Shown here piece by piece: positions 18,890-26,854 of a stretch of 64,000 bases of DNA (positions within the stretch are counted from its first letter, which is position 1; every line of letters begins with the position of its first letter). The translations under genes were made by a program, and so were the position numbers. This DNA comes from a virus. Its lineage: Duplodnaviria > Caudoviricetes. The notes under the pieces were generated by a model. That model had not been told where the DNA came from. It saw nothing but the letters and a program-made list of their open reading frames with translations, and searched no databases. The stretch lies in the IMG/VR virus record IMGVR_UViG_3300027833_000044, positions 24 to 64,023 of that record; one strand, 5' to 3'.

Positions 18890-19570
18890 TTATGTCCTCT
18901 TTTTCTTTTCTCTTTCTTGTTTAATCCACTTCTTCGCTTTACTATTATCTACTGGACTACGTAAGAACTTCTGAACATCTCTATATGCACGTAGAGTTTC
19001 TGCCTTGTAGTCTTTACCGTCTGAGTTATCGACAATCAACATATCCTTTTTACCAAACATCTGTTGAAATGCACCGATGTTCTTCTGGACAGTTTTCCAA
19101 TAGTTAGTAACTTCTTTCTCACCGATAGTACGGTCACGAGCAGCGTCACGTGAGATTGCAGTTTCTAGGTCAGTGTTTACAAATATCATTGCAGTATCAT
19201 AACCTAACGCTTCCATTGACTGTACTTGTTTCTTAACCTTTGGAAAATCTTTACCAGTACCATCAATAACTACACCAAGTCTACCCATAAGGTATCTTGC
19301 TTGTTTCTTACCTGTTAATGCCTTTGCACGTCCACGAATGTCTTGTCCTTGAACTGAGAAGATATTTTCAGGAGACATTTCGAGTCCTGCTTTCTTCATT
19401 GCAGATTCGTATGCGTCATCCGAATTAACTACCTTCAGACCAAGGGCGGGGAGACCTGTTTTCCCGACAATGAAGGACTTACCACTGCCTGGCCCGCCTG
19501 CTAGGAAAACTGCTTTAAAGATAGCGGGGTCATCCACGCCCTCTGTCATAAACTTCTTAAACTTTAACAT
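18890..19570 (-). CDS. zeta-toxin/AAA_33-like P-loop kinase
   Basis: AVFLAGGPGSGKS, VNSDD, VIDGTG, R..AR.R lid. Confidence 0.8.
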   Translation of the reverse strand: MLKFKKFMTEGVDDPAIFKAVFLAGGPGSGKSFIVGKTGLPALGLKVVNSDDAYESAMKKAGLEMSPENIFSVQGQDIRGRAKALTGKKQARYLMGRLGVVIDGTGKDFPKVKKQVQSMEALGYDTAMIFVNTDLETAISRDAARDRTIGEKEVTNYWKTVQKNIGAFQQMFGKKDMLIVDNSDGKDYKAETLRAYRDVQKFLRSPVDNSKAKKWIKQEREKKKRT

Positions 19571-20391
19571 TAGTATACCTTAATTATTTTCTTTAAAATT
19601 GTGGCGACATTCGGCACTGTATTCTGTTTCCAATTATCATCCCCATACTCATCATGCATTGTGTTGCTACCTATGTAGTCAACCACATCCCCGATTGATT
19701 TTTCTGTTCCTGTTAAACGAGTTGGGACTTCAGGTATAGGGTTTGACCTATGAATTTCTTGTCTCAGGGTATCGTTTTGGTAATCATCAATCAAGTCAAA
19801 GTCTTCGGTGCAATATGCCGCAAAGTCATTTTTGATATCTTGTGCATTAAATGTAGTACCGTCTTCTATATCGTGTCCCGCAAGAAAGACTGCGTCAAAC
19901 TTGACACCTTCTGGTGGAATAACATTATAGTTATCCGCACCCATGGCATACATACCATTGGAATCTATGATATTACAACCAAACTCTAACATTAAATCTT
20001 GGTATAGACTTGTGTGTCCATCTGGAAATGCAACCCATATATTAGGCGAACATCCAAAATATTTGTTAATAATAGGAGTCATGTGTTGACTTGCATTACT
20101 TTTTAGTGTTTCGTAGTTTGCATCCATTAGGGTAGGAAACTTACCATTTCTGAAAGAAGGAACAAACAAAACATTTTGATACTTCGAACACGTTAAGAAA
20201 TTACTGTATACTATGCCAGCAATAACGTGTCGGTCTGTGCCAATCAATTTATCAGTCAACTTTGACTGATTGTATGTCTTGATACGGTCTTTGATTCTTA
20301 ACTTTAACGCTACATCTGCTTCTTCAGAAATGAGTAGATTGTTCATCTCTCCGTTCGCAGATATAACTACATTATTACGTGTTCCATACAT
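19570..20391 (-). CDS. hypothetical protein (paralog of 20394-21191)
   Basis: shares YQN.L.V.SF, VKFD.V.L.G, DIK..FA.YC and C-terminal KVY with its neighbour. Confidence 0.75.
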   Translation of the reverse strand: MYGTRNNVVISANGEMNNLLISEEADVALKLRIKDRIKTYNQSKLTDKLIGTDRHVIAGIVYSNFLTCSKYQNVLFVPSFRNGKFPTLMDANYETLKSNASQHMTPIINKYFGCSPNIWVAFPDGHTSLYQDLMLEFGCNIIDSNGMYAMGADNYNVIPPEGVKFDAVFLAGHDIEDGTTFNAQDIKNDFAAYCTEDFDLIDDYQNDTLRQEIHRSNPIPEVPTRLTGTEKSIGDVVDYIGSNTMHDEYGDDNWKQNTVPNVATILKKIIKVY

Positions 20392-20393
20392 TT

Positions 20394-21191
20394 TTAATAT
20401 ACCTTAAAATATTCGTCCGCAGTTTCAATATTTAATGCTACTCTGAAGTAACCCATCATTTGTTTCATGCTTTGCATGTATGTAGCTTTAGTATTAACAC
20501 GGTCTGTCATGTCGATAAGTTTTTGAGGAGTGTTTACGCAAGTGTACATTCTATCTTTTAGAAGAGTAATATCCACAGTCGCACCATTAATAGATGATTC
20601 AGAAACTCTACGAACATCGATTAAATCAACGTTATCACCGATACAGTATTTTGCAAACTTCGCTTTAATATCATCAATTTGGTATGTACCCTTTTTATCC
20701 GCTTCAACACCTAGTAGAACAACACAATCAAACTTTACGTCTGTTTTGATTTTGAAGTCATGGTCAAGTCTAAAATAAGAATCAGTTTCTATTTGATTTA
20801 CTTCGTAATGGTCGTATATAGGTTTCATGTAGTTATCACCATTCTTTGGCATAGTTACATGGATAGTACCCTCAGACTCATTTGCAAGATGAATGATAGG
20901 AAGTAGATGGTCACCCGCAGAATTTATAGACCTGTAGTTTCTATCTCTTAATCTTTCATAGTTTCCGTCTTCAAACGATGTAACAACAAGAATGTTCTGA
21001 TATCCACGACTGACAATCAATCCATCAATCATTGAGGCATCTGTTACTAAAGGTGTGAAATCATCAATGTGAACGTTCTTTCCGTTGAACACTGATATCT
21101 TTCCAAGGTTCTGGAGTAGAGTGACTTTGGTGTCGAGATTAATAACGGAGGTCTCTTCGACTCCTTTTGGTTGTGTCTTATATAGTAACAT
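20394..21191 (-). CDS. hypothetical protein (paralog of 19570-20391)
   Basis: same shared motifs; tightly coupled operon. Confidence 0.75.
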   Translation of the reverse strand: MLLYKTQPKGVEETSVINLDTKVTLLQNLGKISVFNGKNVHIDDFTPLVTDASMIDGLIVSRGYQNILVVTSFEDGNYERLRDRNYRSINSAGDHLLPIIHLANESEGTIHVTMPKNGDNYMKPIYDHYEVNQIETDSYFRLDHDFKIKTDVKFDCVVLLGVEADKKGTYQIDDIKAKFAKYCIGDNVDLIDVRRVSESSINGATVDITLLKDRMYTCVNTPQKLIDMTDRVNTKATYMQSMKQMMGYFRVALNIETADEYFKVY

Positions 21192-21463
21192 TATGTCCCC
21201 TTATAGATTTTTTGAATGTGGTCTTCGAACTGTTCTATTTTTTCGAGACGTTTTGGCCAGAGGATATACTCTTTCTCTGGGTTTTGTTTTAGATTGTTTA
21301 GTAGGGGTTGAACCGCATTAAACAACTTGTCTAATTTTTCTTGAGTTTCGGATACCGATGCAGTAGTAGAAGCAACTGACGCTTGTGCCTGTTGCACAAC
21401 CTCTAGTTCATTCTCATCGACAAGGGTAAATCCAAAGTCAAATAGTTGGTCTGTAGTATTCAT
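21191..21463 (-). CDS. conserved hypothetical phage protein
   Basis: FDFGF...PLLNNLKQNPEKEYILWPKR; follows a late promoter. Confidence 0.75.
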   Translation of the reverse strand: MNTTDQLFDFGFTLVDENELEVVQQAQASVASTTASVSETQEKLDKLFNAVQPLLNNLKQNPEKEYILWPKRLEKIEQFEDHIQKIYKGT

Positions 21464-21468
21464 AGTGT

Positions 21469-21476
21469 TATTTATA
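21469..21476 (-). promoter_or_regulatory. T4-type late promoter
   Basis: TATTTATA on + strand = TATAAATA on - strand, just upstream of ORF 21463. Confidence 0.7.
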
Positions 21477-21500
21477 CCTTTAAATAGTTAGAGAAAACGC

Positions 21501-21529
21501 TTGACAAACCCTGTTCTTAGTGTTATAAT
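21501..21529 (+). promoter_or_regulatory. sigma70-type early promoter
   Basis: TTGACA-17 bp-TATAAT. Confidence 0.85.
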
Positions 21530-21563
21530 AAGTACTTAGATAATCAAGTTGAAGAGAGAATAT

Positions 21564-21719
21564 ATGACTAAGCACGAACTTTTAAGTATTCACCTAAACA
21601 ATAGTGACTTAAACCTCACTAACCTCTCCAATATCTACAACTCCAGTGTTTCCGTTGTGCGTTGTATACTAATACAGTATTACAGCACCAAGGGTTTCAC
21701 TCACCCAATTCTAAAATAA
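21564..21719 (+). CDS. small early hypothetical protein (51 aa)
   Basis: MTKHELLSIHLNN...HPILK*; purine-rich RBS, lies between two promoters. Confidence 0.55.
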   Translation: MTKHELLSIHLNNSDLNLTNLSNIYNSSVSVVRCILIQYYSTKGFTHPILK

Positions 21720-21722
21720 AGC

Positions 21723-21751
21723 TTGACAAATTAAGTTTTGTCCTGTATACT
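21723..21751 (+). promoter_or_regulatory. sigma70-type early promoter
   Basis: TTGACA-17 bp-TATACT. Confidence 0.8.
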
Positions 21752-21777
21752 AGTATTTATATAGTATGGAGTTATAA

Positions 21778-22077
21778 ATGCAAACATTTCACGGTTCAAT
21801 GAAGTACGACATGCATGGTCGTAAACGTAAAACCAACGCATGGAAGAAGACCCCCAAACGAACCCCCGAATTTAAACCTCTTGAAAATTACTCTATAGGT
21901 AATGGCGAAGACCATCGTAAGAAGTATCCGTCTGTTAGTGACATGACCCGTTATGTCTCACAACAAGATAATTCCTATAAATTAGAAGAATCTAAGAAGT
22001 TTACAGTCGCACCCGCATACAATAAAGGTGCATACCAAGTCATCCCCAGAGGTGACGTTAAACACATAGGAAAATAA
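21778..22077 (+). CDS. conserved hypothetical early protein
   Basis: APAYNKGAYQ motif, recalled from T4-like phages; GGAG RBS. Confidence 0.75.
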   Translation: MQTFHGSMKYDMHGRKRKTNAWKKTPKRTPEFKPLENYSIGNGEDHRKKYPSVSDMTRYVSQQDNSYKLEESKKFTVAPAYNKGAYQVIPRGDVKHIGK

Positions 22078-22079
22078 CC

Positions 22080-22250
22080 ATGATAACACCAGAAGGAACT
22101 TATATTACCGATGAATTTCATACATTTGCTCGTGAGATGTACCAAGAGAATTGTCGTGAACGTGAACAGTATAACGAACCTTTACTAACATTTGATGAAT
22201 ATATTAGTAAAAATAATCAGTTTTTGCTTGACAACTTCCCTGAAGTATGA
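22080..22250 (+). CDS. small hypothetical protein (56 aa)
   Basis: MITPEGTYITDEFHTFAREMYQENCRERE...FPEV*. Confidence 0.6.
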   Translation: MITPEGTYITDEFHTFAREMYQENCREREQYNEPLLTFDEYISKNNQFLLDNFPEV

Positions 22251-22256
22251 TATAAT
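22228..22256 (+). promoter_or_regulatory. sigma70-type early promoter
   Basis: TTGACA-17 bp-TATAAT. Confidence 0.85.
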
Positions 22257-22291
22257 ACTTGTATTGATAATGAGACTGTGAGAGGAAATTT

Positions 22292-22771
22292 ATGAAATTA
22301 GTAATTCAAACCCAATACAAAGAGAACTATGCCGCACATAATGAGGATTATGTCCACGGTGTCTCCGAATCCTATTGGAAGAACAAGGGTGGTAGCACCT
22401 ACATTGTGGACTATGTGTCCATAGAACAAGCTCAATCTGAAGGATACTACGAAGAGTTGTATTCTAAAATTGAGTTCAGTAATGAGGCATGTGAAGAATA
22501 TGTCATTAGTGCAGAAGTAATAGATGATATTGATTTCGATATCACCAACCACGTTGAGAAGTGGGAGACTCCTATTATGTTAAGGAATTTTTCTGGTACT
22601 AAGTTCCATGCGACTAGAACCACCATGAATGGTGAGTATGGTTACATGAAATCCGATATCGCAAAGACCGAAAGAACTTGGGTCTTGGGTGATGACGAGT
22701 CTGGTGAGTATCACCTACATCTAACCGATGGTAGAGTTATGACCAGTGACCAGTATAGGGAGGCGGCATAA
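22292..22771 (+). CDS. hypothetical protein
   Basis: GAGG RBS; TQYKENY...YWKNKGGSTY motif. Confidence 0.75.
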   Translation: MKLVIQTQYKENYAAHNEDYVHGVSESYWKNKGGSTYIVDYVSIEQAQSEGYYEELYSKIEFSNEACEEYVISAEVIDDIDFDITNHVEKWETPIMLRNFSGTKFHATRTTMNGEYGYMKSDIAKTERTWVLGDDESGEYHLHLTDGRVMTSDQYREAA

Positions 22772-23046
22772 TGGCAGATAGACTTATGAAAGGTGGGTGT
22801 ATGGTCGAAAAGACTGACCTACCTGAGATGAATGGGTATCAACTCATTTATAAATTTGATAATGGTTACGGTGCATCTGTAGTCAAACACGATATGTCTT
22901 ACGGTAATAAACTTGGACTGTATGAACTTGCAGTACTTGACAGTGATGGTGGGTTGTGTTATACTACCCCTATAACTGAAGATGTTGTCGGTCACCTAAC
23001 AATGGGTGACGTTGATAAATTACTTGTAGAGATATCACACCTATGA
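22771..23046 (+). CDS. conserved hypothetical phage protein
   Basis: FDNGYGASVV...SYG...LYELAVL...TPITEDVVG. Confidence 0.75.
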   Translation: MADRLMKGGCMVEKTDLPEMNGYQLIYKFDNGYGASVVKHDMSYGNKLGLYELAVLDSDGGLCYTTPITEDVVGHLTMGDVDKLLVEISHL

Positions 23047-23594
23047 ACATATTCCATTTAGACAAAGACCCTATACTTGCCGCACAGATGATGTGTGACA
23101 AACACGTGGTCAAGATGGTCACTGAGTACGGTCAGATGTTGTCTACCGCACATCGTGTACTAGATGGTGAGTTGTATACAGACAAGACCAAGAATGGTCG
23201 TAACATCAAACGATGGAGACTGAGAGGTGCTGCACAAGAAAAAGACTTGTACAAAGCATCACATGTCAATCACCCGTCCAACATATGGATACGTGAGAAT
23301 GCAGAGAACTACCGATGGTTGTTCAAACACTTCCAAGCAACTGCGAAGGAGTATGAGAAACGATACGGACGTGTACACATGACCTATGATAAACTAGGTG
23401 GTTATGTATGGTTTGCACCACGTAATATAAATTTAGTCGGAAGACTTACAAAGTTCGCACAAGCAATGCCTGAGTATTGCAAACGTGAAGACCCAGTAGA
23501 AGCATACCGTTTCTACTATATAAATGAGAAGGTAACATTCGCAAAGTGGAAGAACGTTGAGACACCTCAATGGTTCACTGAAGGAGTAGCTTAA
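23043..23594 (+). CDS. pyrimidine-dimer glycosylase-like protein
   Basis: MNIF.LD.DP...A...CDKHVVKM..E..QMLSTAH, H.NHP, AYR.YY. Confidence 0.75.
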   Translation: MNIFHLDKDPILAAQMMCDKHVVKMVTEYGQMLSTAHRVLDGELYTDKTKNGRNIKRWRLRGAAQEKDLYKASHVNHPSNIWIRENAENYRWLFKHFQATAKEYEKRYGRVHMTYDKLGGYVWFAPRNINLVGRLTKFAQAMPEYCKREDPVEAYRFYYINEKVTFAKWKNVETPQWFTEGVA

Positions 23595-23801
23595 ATGACT
23601 ATGCCTGATGAACGGTATCATGCCCTCAAGAGAACTGCAACCTTTCTAAAAGAATTGCAGAACCCTCACGGTAGATACAAAAGAGATAACATAACTGAGA
23701 TACGTAAGATGGCATCAAATTGCCTTCGACACTACCCTTGGGATATGTATCTAGATGACCTTGCGGAAATTGCCCCTCACATTTTGGAAAACCCTAAATA
23801 A
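23595..23801 (+). CDS. BPSL0761-like small protein
   Basis: MTMPDER..AL.....FL..L...IR..A..CLRHYP. Confidence 0.7.
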   Translation: MTMPDERYHALKRTATFLKELQNPHGRYKRDNITEIRKMASNCLRHYPWDMYLDDLAEIAPHILENPK

Positions 23802-24067
23802 TGGAGAATGAAATGAAATACCAAGAAATCGTTGACACCTTACGTGAAGGTGTAGTGAACTTATCGTTTACAAAAGTAAAAGATGGAGAAGTTCGTAATA
23901 TGAGAGCGACACTGGTATCCGAACAGATACCACAGGACAAGATGCCTAAGACTGACGCTAATGCAAATACTGAGAAGAACCAAGTTGCGGTTCGTGTATT
24001 TGACTTAGATTTACAGGACTGGCGTTCATTCCGTGTAGATTCGCTCTTGACATTTAATGCAGGATAA
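23801..24067 (+). CDS. SH3/WYL-like beta-barrel protein
   Basis: FTK..DG..R.M.ATL...VFDL....WRSFR. Confidence 0.8.
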   Translation: MENEMKYQEIVDTLREGVVNLSFTKVKDGEVRNMRATLVSEQIPQDKMPKTDANANTEKNQVAVRVFDLDLQDWRSFRVDSLLTFNAG

Positions 24068-24075
24068 GTTATAAT
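24047..24075 (+). promoter_or_regulatory. sigma70-type early promoter
   Basis: TTGACA-17 bp-TATAAT. Confidence 0.75.
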
Positions 24076-24082
24076 ACACACT

Positions 24083-24733
24083 ATGGTCAAAAAACTAACA
24101 GCAGCAGAGAAAGCAAAGAAAACCAGAGAAGCGAAGAAACTCGCCTCTCTGAAAGAACTTGGTTTCGAACGTAAGAAAGTCAAACGCACACGCAAACCTA
24201 TGTCTGAAGAACAAAGGGAAGCAGCGATTGAACGACTTGCAAAAGCACGTGCTGCACGTGGGGCAGATGGAAGTAAATCCGTTCACAGGGATATACGAGA
24301 TTTGCCAGAAGACCATTTCTTGCATTGGAAAAAGGTCAAAGAATGGCTTAAGTGTAATCAAGACCAACTCAAGGGAATGAAAGGATATAAGAATTCAAAG
24401 AACTCAAAAGAACGTGCAGAGTACATTGACCTTAATACCTACATAACTAACATGAAGAGATATCTATCTCAAGGTGTATGGTTAGATTTCCGTTATGGTG
24501 AACAACGTGAGGGACGTATCCAAAAGGTGTGTGTCGCAATGGCATACTATCCTGATGGGACTCCCAAACGTCAATACAATTGTTGGTATCCTGATATCGC
24601 ACAAGTCTGGACTAGGGAACTTGAAGAAGAGTTCGCAAAAGATTCAGACTATGCTAATCAATTTAAATTGGAAAAACCTCCAGTTCCAGACGTTATAAAT
24701 AATGAGGAAGAGGATATAGAAGATGAAGATTGA
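24083..24733 (+). CDS. hypothetical basic protein
   Basis: 216-aa ORF with Lys/Arg-rich N-terminus and acidic tail. Confidence 0.75.
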   Translation: MVKKLTAAEKAKKTREAKKLASLKELGFERKKVKRTRKPMSEEQREAAIERLAKARAARGADGSKSVHRDIRDLPEDHFLHWKKVKEWLKCNQDQLKGMKGYKNSKNSKERAEYIDLNTYITNMKRYLSQGVWLDFRYGEQREGRIQKVCVAMAYYPDGTPKRQYNCWYPDIAQVWTRELEEEFAKDSDYANQFKLEKPPVPDVINNEEEDIEDED

Positions 24734-24998
24734 TATGATTATTGGTGGAGTGGATTCCTCAGAAGAAGAATCTAACTTCATGAACAAGAAGAAATTTACA
24801 CGTATGGTAGAAGACTGTGTGCGAACAAAGTCTATGACATATATGGATACGGTTGTTTATCTGTGTGAACAGAACAACTTAGAGATTGAGGATGTCAAGA
24901 AATATATTTCGACATCTGTCAAAGAGAAGATTGAGTTTGAAGCAATGAAGCTTAACTTTCTCGAAAAGGGTGGTGACCTTTCCCTAAATAAAGGTTGA
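24723..24998 (+). CDS. gp33: late transcription coactivator gp33
   Basis: F...VE..V......Y.D.VV..CEQNN.EIE.V.K.IS..VKEKIE.EA..LNFL; adjacent to gp32. Confidence 0.88.
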   Translation: MKIDMIIGGVDSSEEESNFMNKKKFTRMVEDCVRTKSMTYMDTVVYLCEQNNLEIEDVKKYISTSVKEKIEFEAMKLNFLEKGGDLSLNKG

Positions 24999-25023
24999 CA
25001 TTACTTGATTGTAGTGTTATAAT
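24995..25023 (+). promoter_or_regulatory. sigma70-type promoter for gp32
   Basis: TTGACA-17 bp-TATAAT followed by an A-rich leader. Confidence 0.85.
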
Positions 25024-25086
25024 ACTAAACTATATTATGAATAATGTGGATAAACTAAAATACGCAAATATACGGAGAATATAAAT

Positions 25087-26004
25087 ATGTCTTTTGCAAA
25101 CTTAAAAACCAATCGTACCGATGTGTCCAAACTGGCAAATGCCGCACAGGAAATGTCTGGTACAAAACAAACCAACAAATACGAAGATACTCGTTTCTGG
25201 AAACCTACTGTCGATGACAGCGGTAACGGATATGCAGTTGTTCGTTTTCTTCCTGCCGCAGAAGGGTCAGAATTACCATGGGTAAGATACTTTGACCATT
25301 TCTTTAAAGGGCCAACAGGTCAATGGTACGTTGAGAAGTCTCTGACTACTCTAGGTAACAATGACCCAGTGAGTGAATATAACTCACGTCTTTGGAACAC
25401 AGGCATCGATGAAGACAAAGAAACTGCACGTAGACAGAAGCGTAGACTTCATTATGTTGCAAACATCATGGTCATTAGTGACCCTTCTAATCCTGCTAAC
25501 GAAGGTAAAGTATTCCTTTACGACTTCGGTAAGAAAATCTTTGATAAGGTTATGGATAAGATGCAACCTGAATTTCCAGGCGAAGAACCAATCAATCCAT
25601 TCGATTTTTGGAGTGGTGCGGACTTTCAACTGAAGATTCGTAATGTTGCGGGTTACAGGAACTATGATAAGTCGGAGTTCAAATCCCCTGCGGCATTGTT
25701 CGAAGGTGACGAGACTAGACTAGAAGCAACATACAATCAGTTACATGATTCAAGTGAGTTTGCTGATACTGGTTCATACAAATCTTATGACGAACTGAAA
25801 AGTCGTTTAGAGGTTGTACTGGGTCAATCTACTGGTTCGGGTTCAACGGTAAAGAATGATTCTTTAACACAGACTGCGGAAGTAGTTAGTGCTAAAGAAC
25901 AAGAACCACAAGTTCTTGCATCTGCACCAGAACCTACTATCACAGCTTCAACTGACGAAGATGATACTTTATCATACTTTGCGAAGTTAGCTGCTGAGGA
26001 CTAA
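25087..26004 (+). CDS. gp32: single-stranded DNA-binding protein gp32
   Basis: DTRFWKP..D..GNGYAV.RFLP, FGKKIFDK, NPFDFW.GA.F.LKIR.V.GYRNYDKSEF, C-terminal DDTLSYFAKLA. Confidence 0.96.
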   Translation: MSFANLKTNRTDVSKLANAAQEMSGTKQTNKYEDTRFWKPTVDDSGNGYAVVRFLPAAEGSELPWVRYFDHFFKGPTGQWYVEKSLTTLGNNDPVSEYNSRLWNTGIDEDKETARRQKRRLHYVANIMVISDPSNPANEGKVFLYDFGKKIFDKVMDKMQPEFPGEEPINPFDFWSGADFQLKIRNVAGYRNYDKSEFKSPAALFEGDETRLEATYNQLHDSSEFADTGSYKSYDELKSRLEVVLGQSTGSGSTVKNDSLTQTAEVVSAKEQEPQVLASAPEPTITASTDEDDTLSYFAKLAAED

Positions 26005-26020
26005 TCCTCAACAAGGATGG

Positions 26021-26050
26021 AAAAGGGGACTCTTCGGAGTCCCTTTTTTT
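26021..26050. terminator. bidirectional intrinsic terminator with C(UUCG)G tetraloop
   Basis: AAAAGGGGACTC-TTCG-GAGTCCCTTTTTTT between convergent gp32 and iscA. Confidence 0.9.
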
Positions 26051-26378
26051 ATGGGAGAGGGTCGAATCCTATTGAAACACCGCATCCACAGGACGAAACT
26101 TCTTTAGGGTTTATTATCTTGAAGTATTCGTTAAGACCTTCTTTAGTCCAATCTAGAGTACACTCTTCTAAGTAAGGTAATGACTCTTCATTAATAACTA
26201 TACTAAACTTACCATAGTCGAATGCAACATCGTCTTCGTTAGACTCATCTGCATATTCGATAACATATTCAAAACCAACGCATCCACCTGAAGTAACACC
26301 AAGACGTATTAACTTCATATGTCTGTCTTCGGTTCTCTGAATACATTTCTGTACTGCTGCGTCTGTTATTTCAATCAC
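26049..26378 (-). CDS. iscA: A-type Fe-S carrier protein (IscA/HesB)
   Basis: RLGVTSGGCVGFEY and NP....CGCGVS. Confidence 0.92.
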   Translation of the reverse strand: MIEITDAAVQKCIQRTEDRHMKLIRLGVTSGGCVGFEYVIEYADESNEDDVAFDYGKFSIVINEESLPYLEECTLDWTKEGLNEYFKIINPKEVSSCGCGVSIGFDPLP

Positions 26379-26854
26379 TCTATGAAGTCCTCTCGTTCGA
26401 GTGGTGGATTATTATGACCTATCATTGATTGGTCTAGGATAGGATGTGTGTAGTCCTTTTCGTTCTTTGTCTCATAGTCTACCATCGCTTGTTTGATAGC
26501 ATCTTCTGCTAGTACACTACAATGTAATTTGATTGGGGGCAATTGTAGTGCATCTGCGATATCTTTGTCTTTGATTAGTTTTGCTTCCTCGACTGTCTTA
26601 CCCATCATCATGTCTACGAACAATGACGAAGATGCAATTGCACTTCCACATCCGTAAGTCTTGAATTTTACATCGATGATTTTATCTTCATCGTCAAGTA
26701 AGAGTTGTAGTTGCATGACATCACCACATGCGGGAGCACCCGCAAGTCCTGTCGCAACCTTGGGGTCTTTTCTATCTAAACTTCCAACGGAATGTTTTTG
26801 AGGATTTGCAAGAACGGCTTCGAATCGTTTTACTACTTCTTCTGAATATGCCAT
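26375..26854 (-). CDS. iscU: Fe-S cluster scaffold protein IscU
   Basis: GAPACGDVMQL, FKTYGCGSAIASSS, LPPIKLHCSVLAEDAIK. Confidence 0.95.
   Translation of the reverse strand: MAYSEEVVKRFEAVLANPQKHSVGSLDRKDPKVATGLAGAPACGDVMQLQLLLDDEDKIIDVKFKTYGCGSAIASSSLFVDMMMGKTVEEAKLIKDKDIADALQLPPIKLHCSVLAEDAIKQAMVDYETKNEKDYTHPILDQSMIGHNNPPLEREDFIE

Noticed and set aside
25024-25086. gp32 autoregulatory pseudoknot
   Set aside because: The leader is A/T-rich, but I could not find convincing paired stems.
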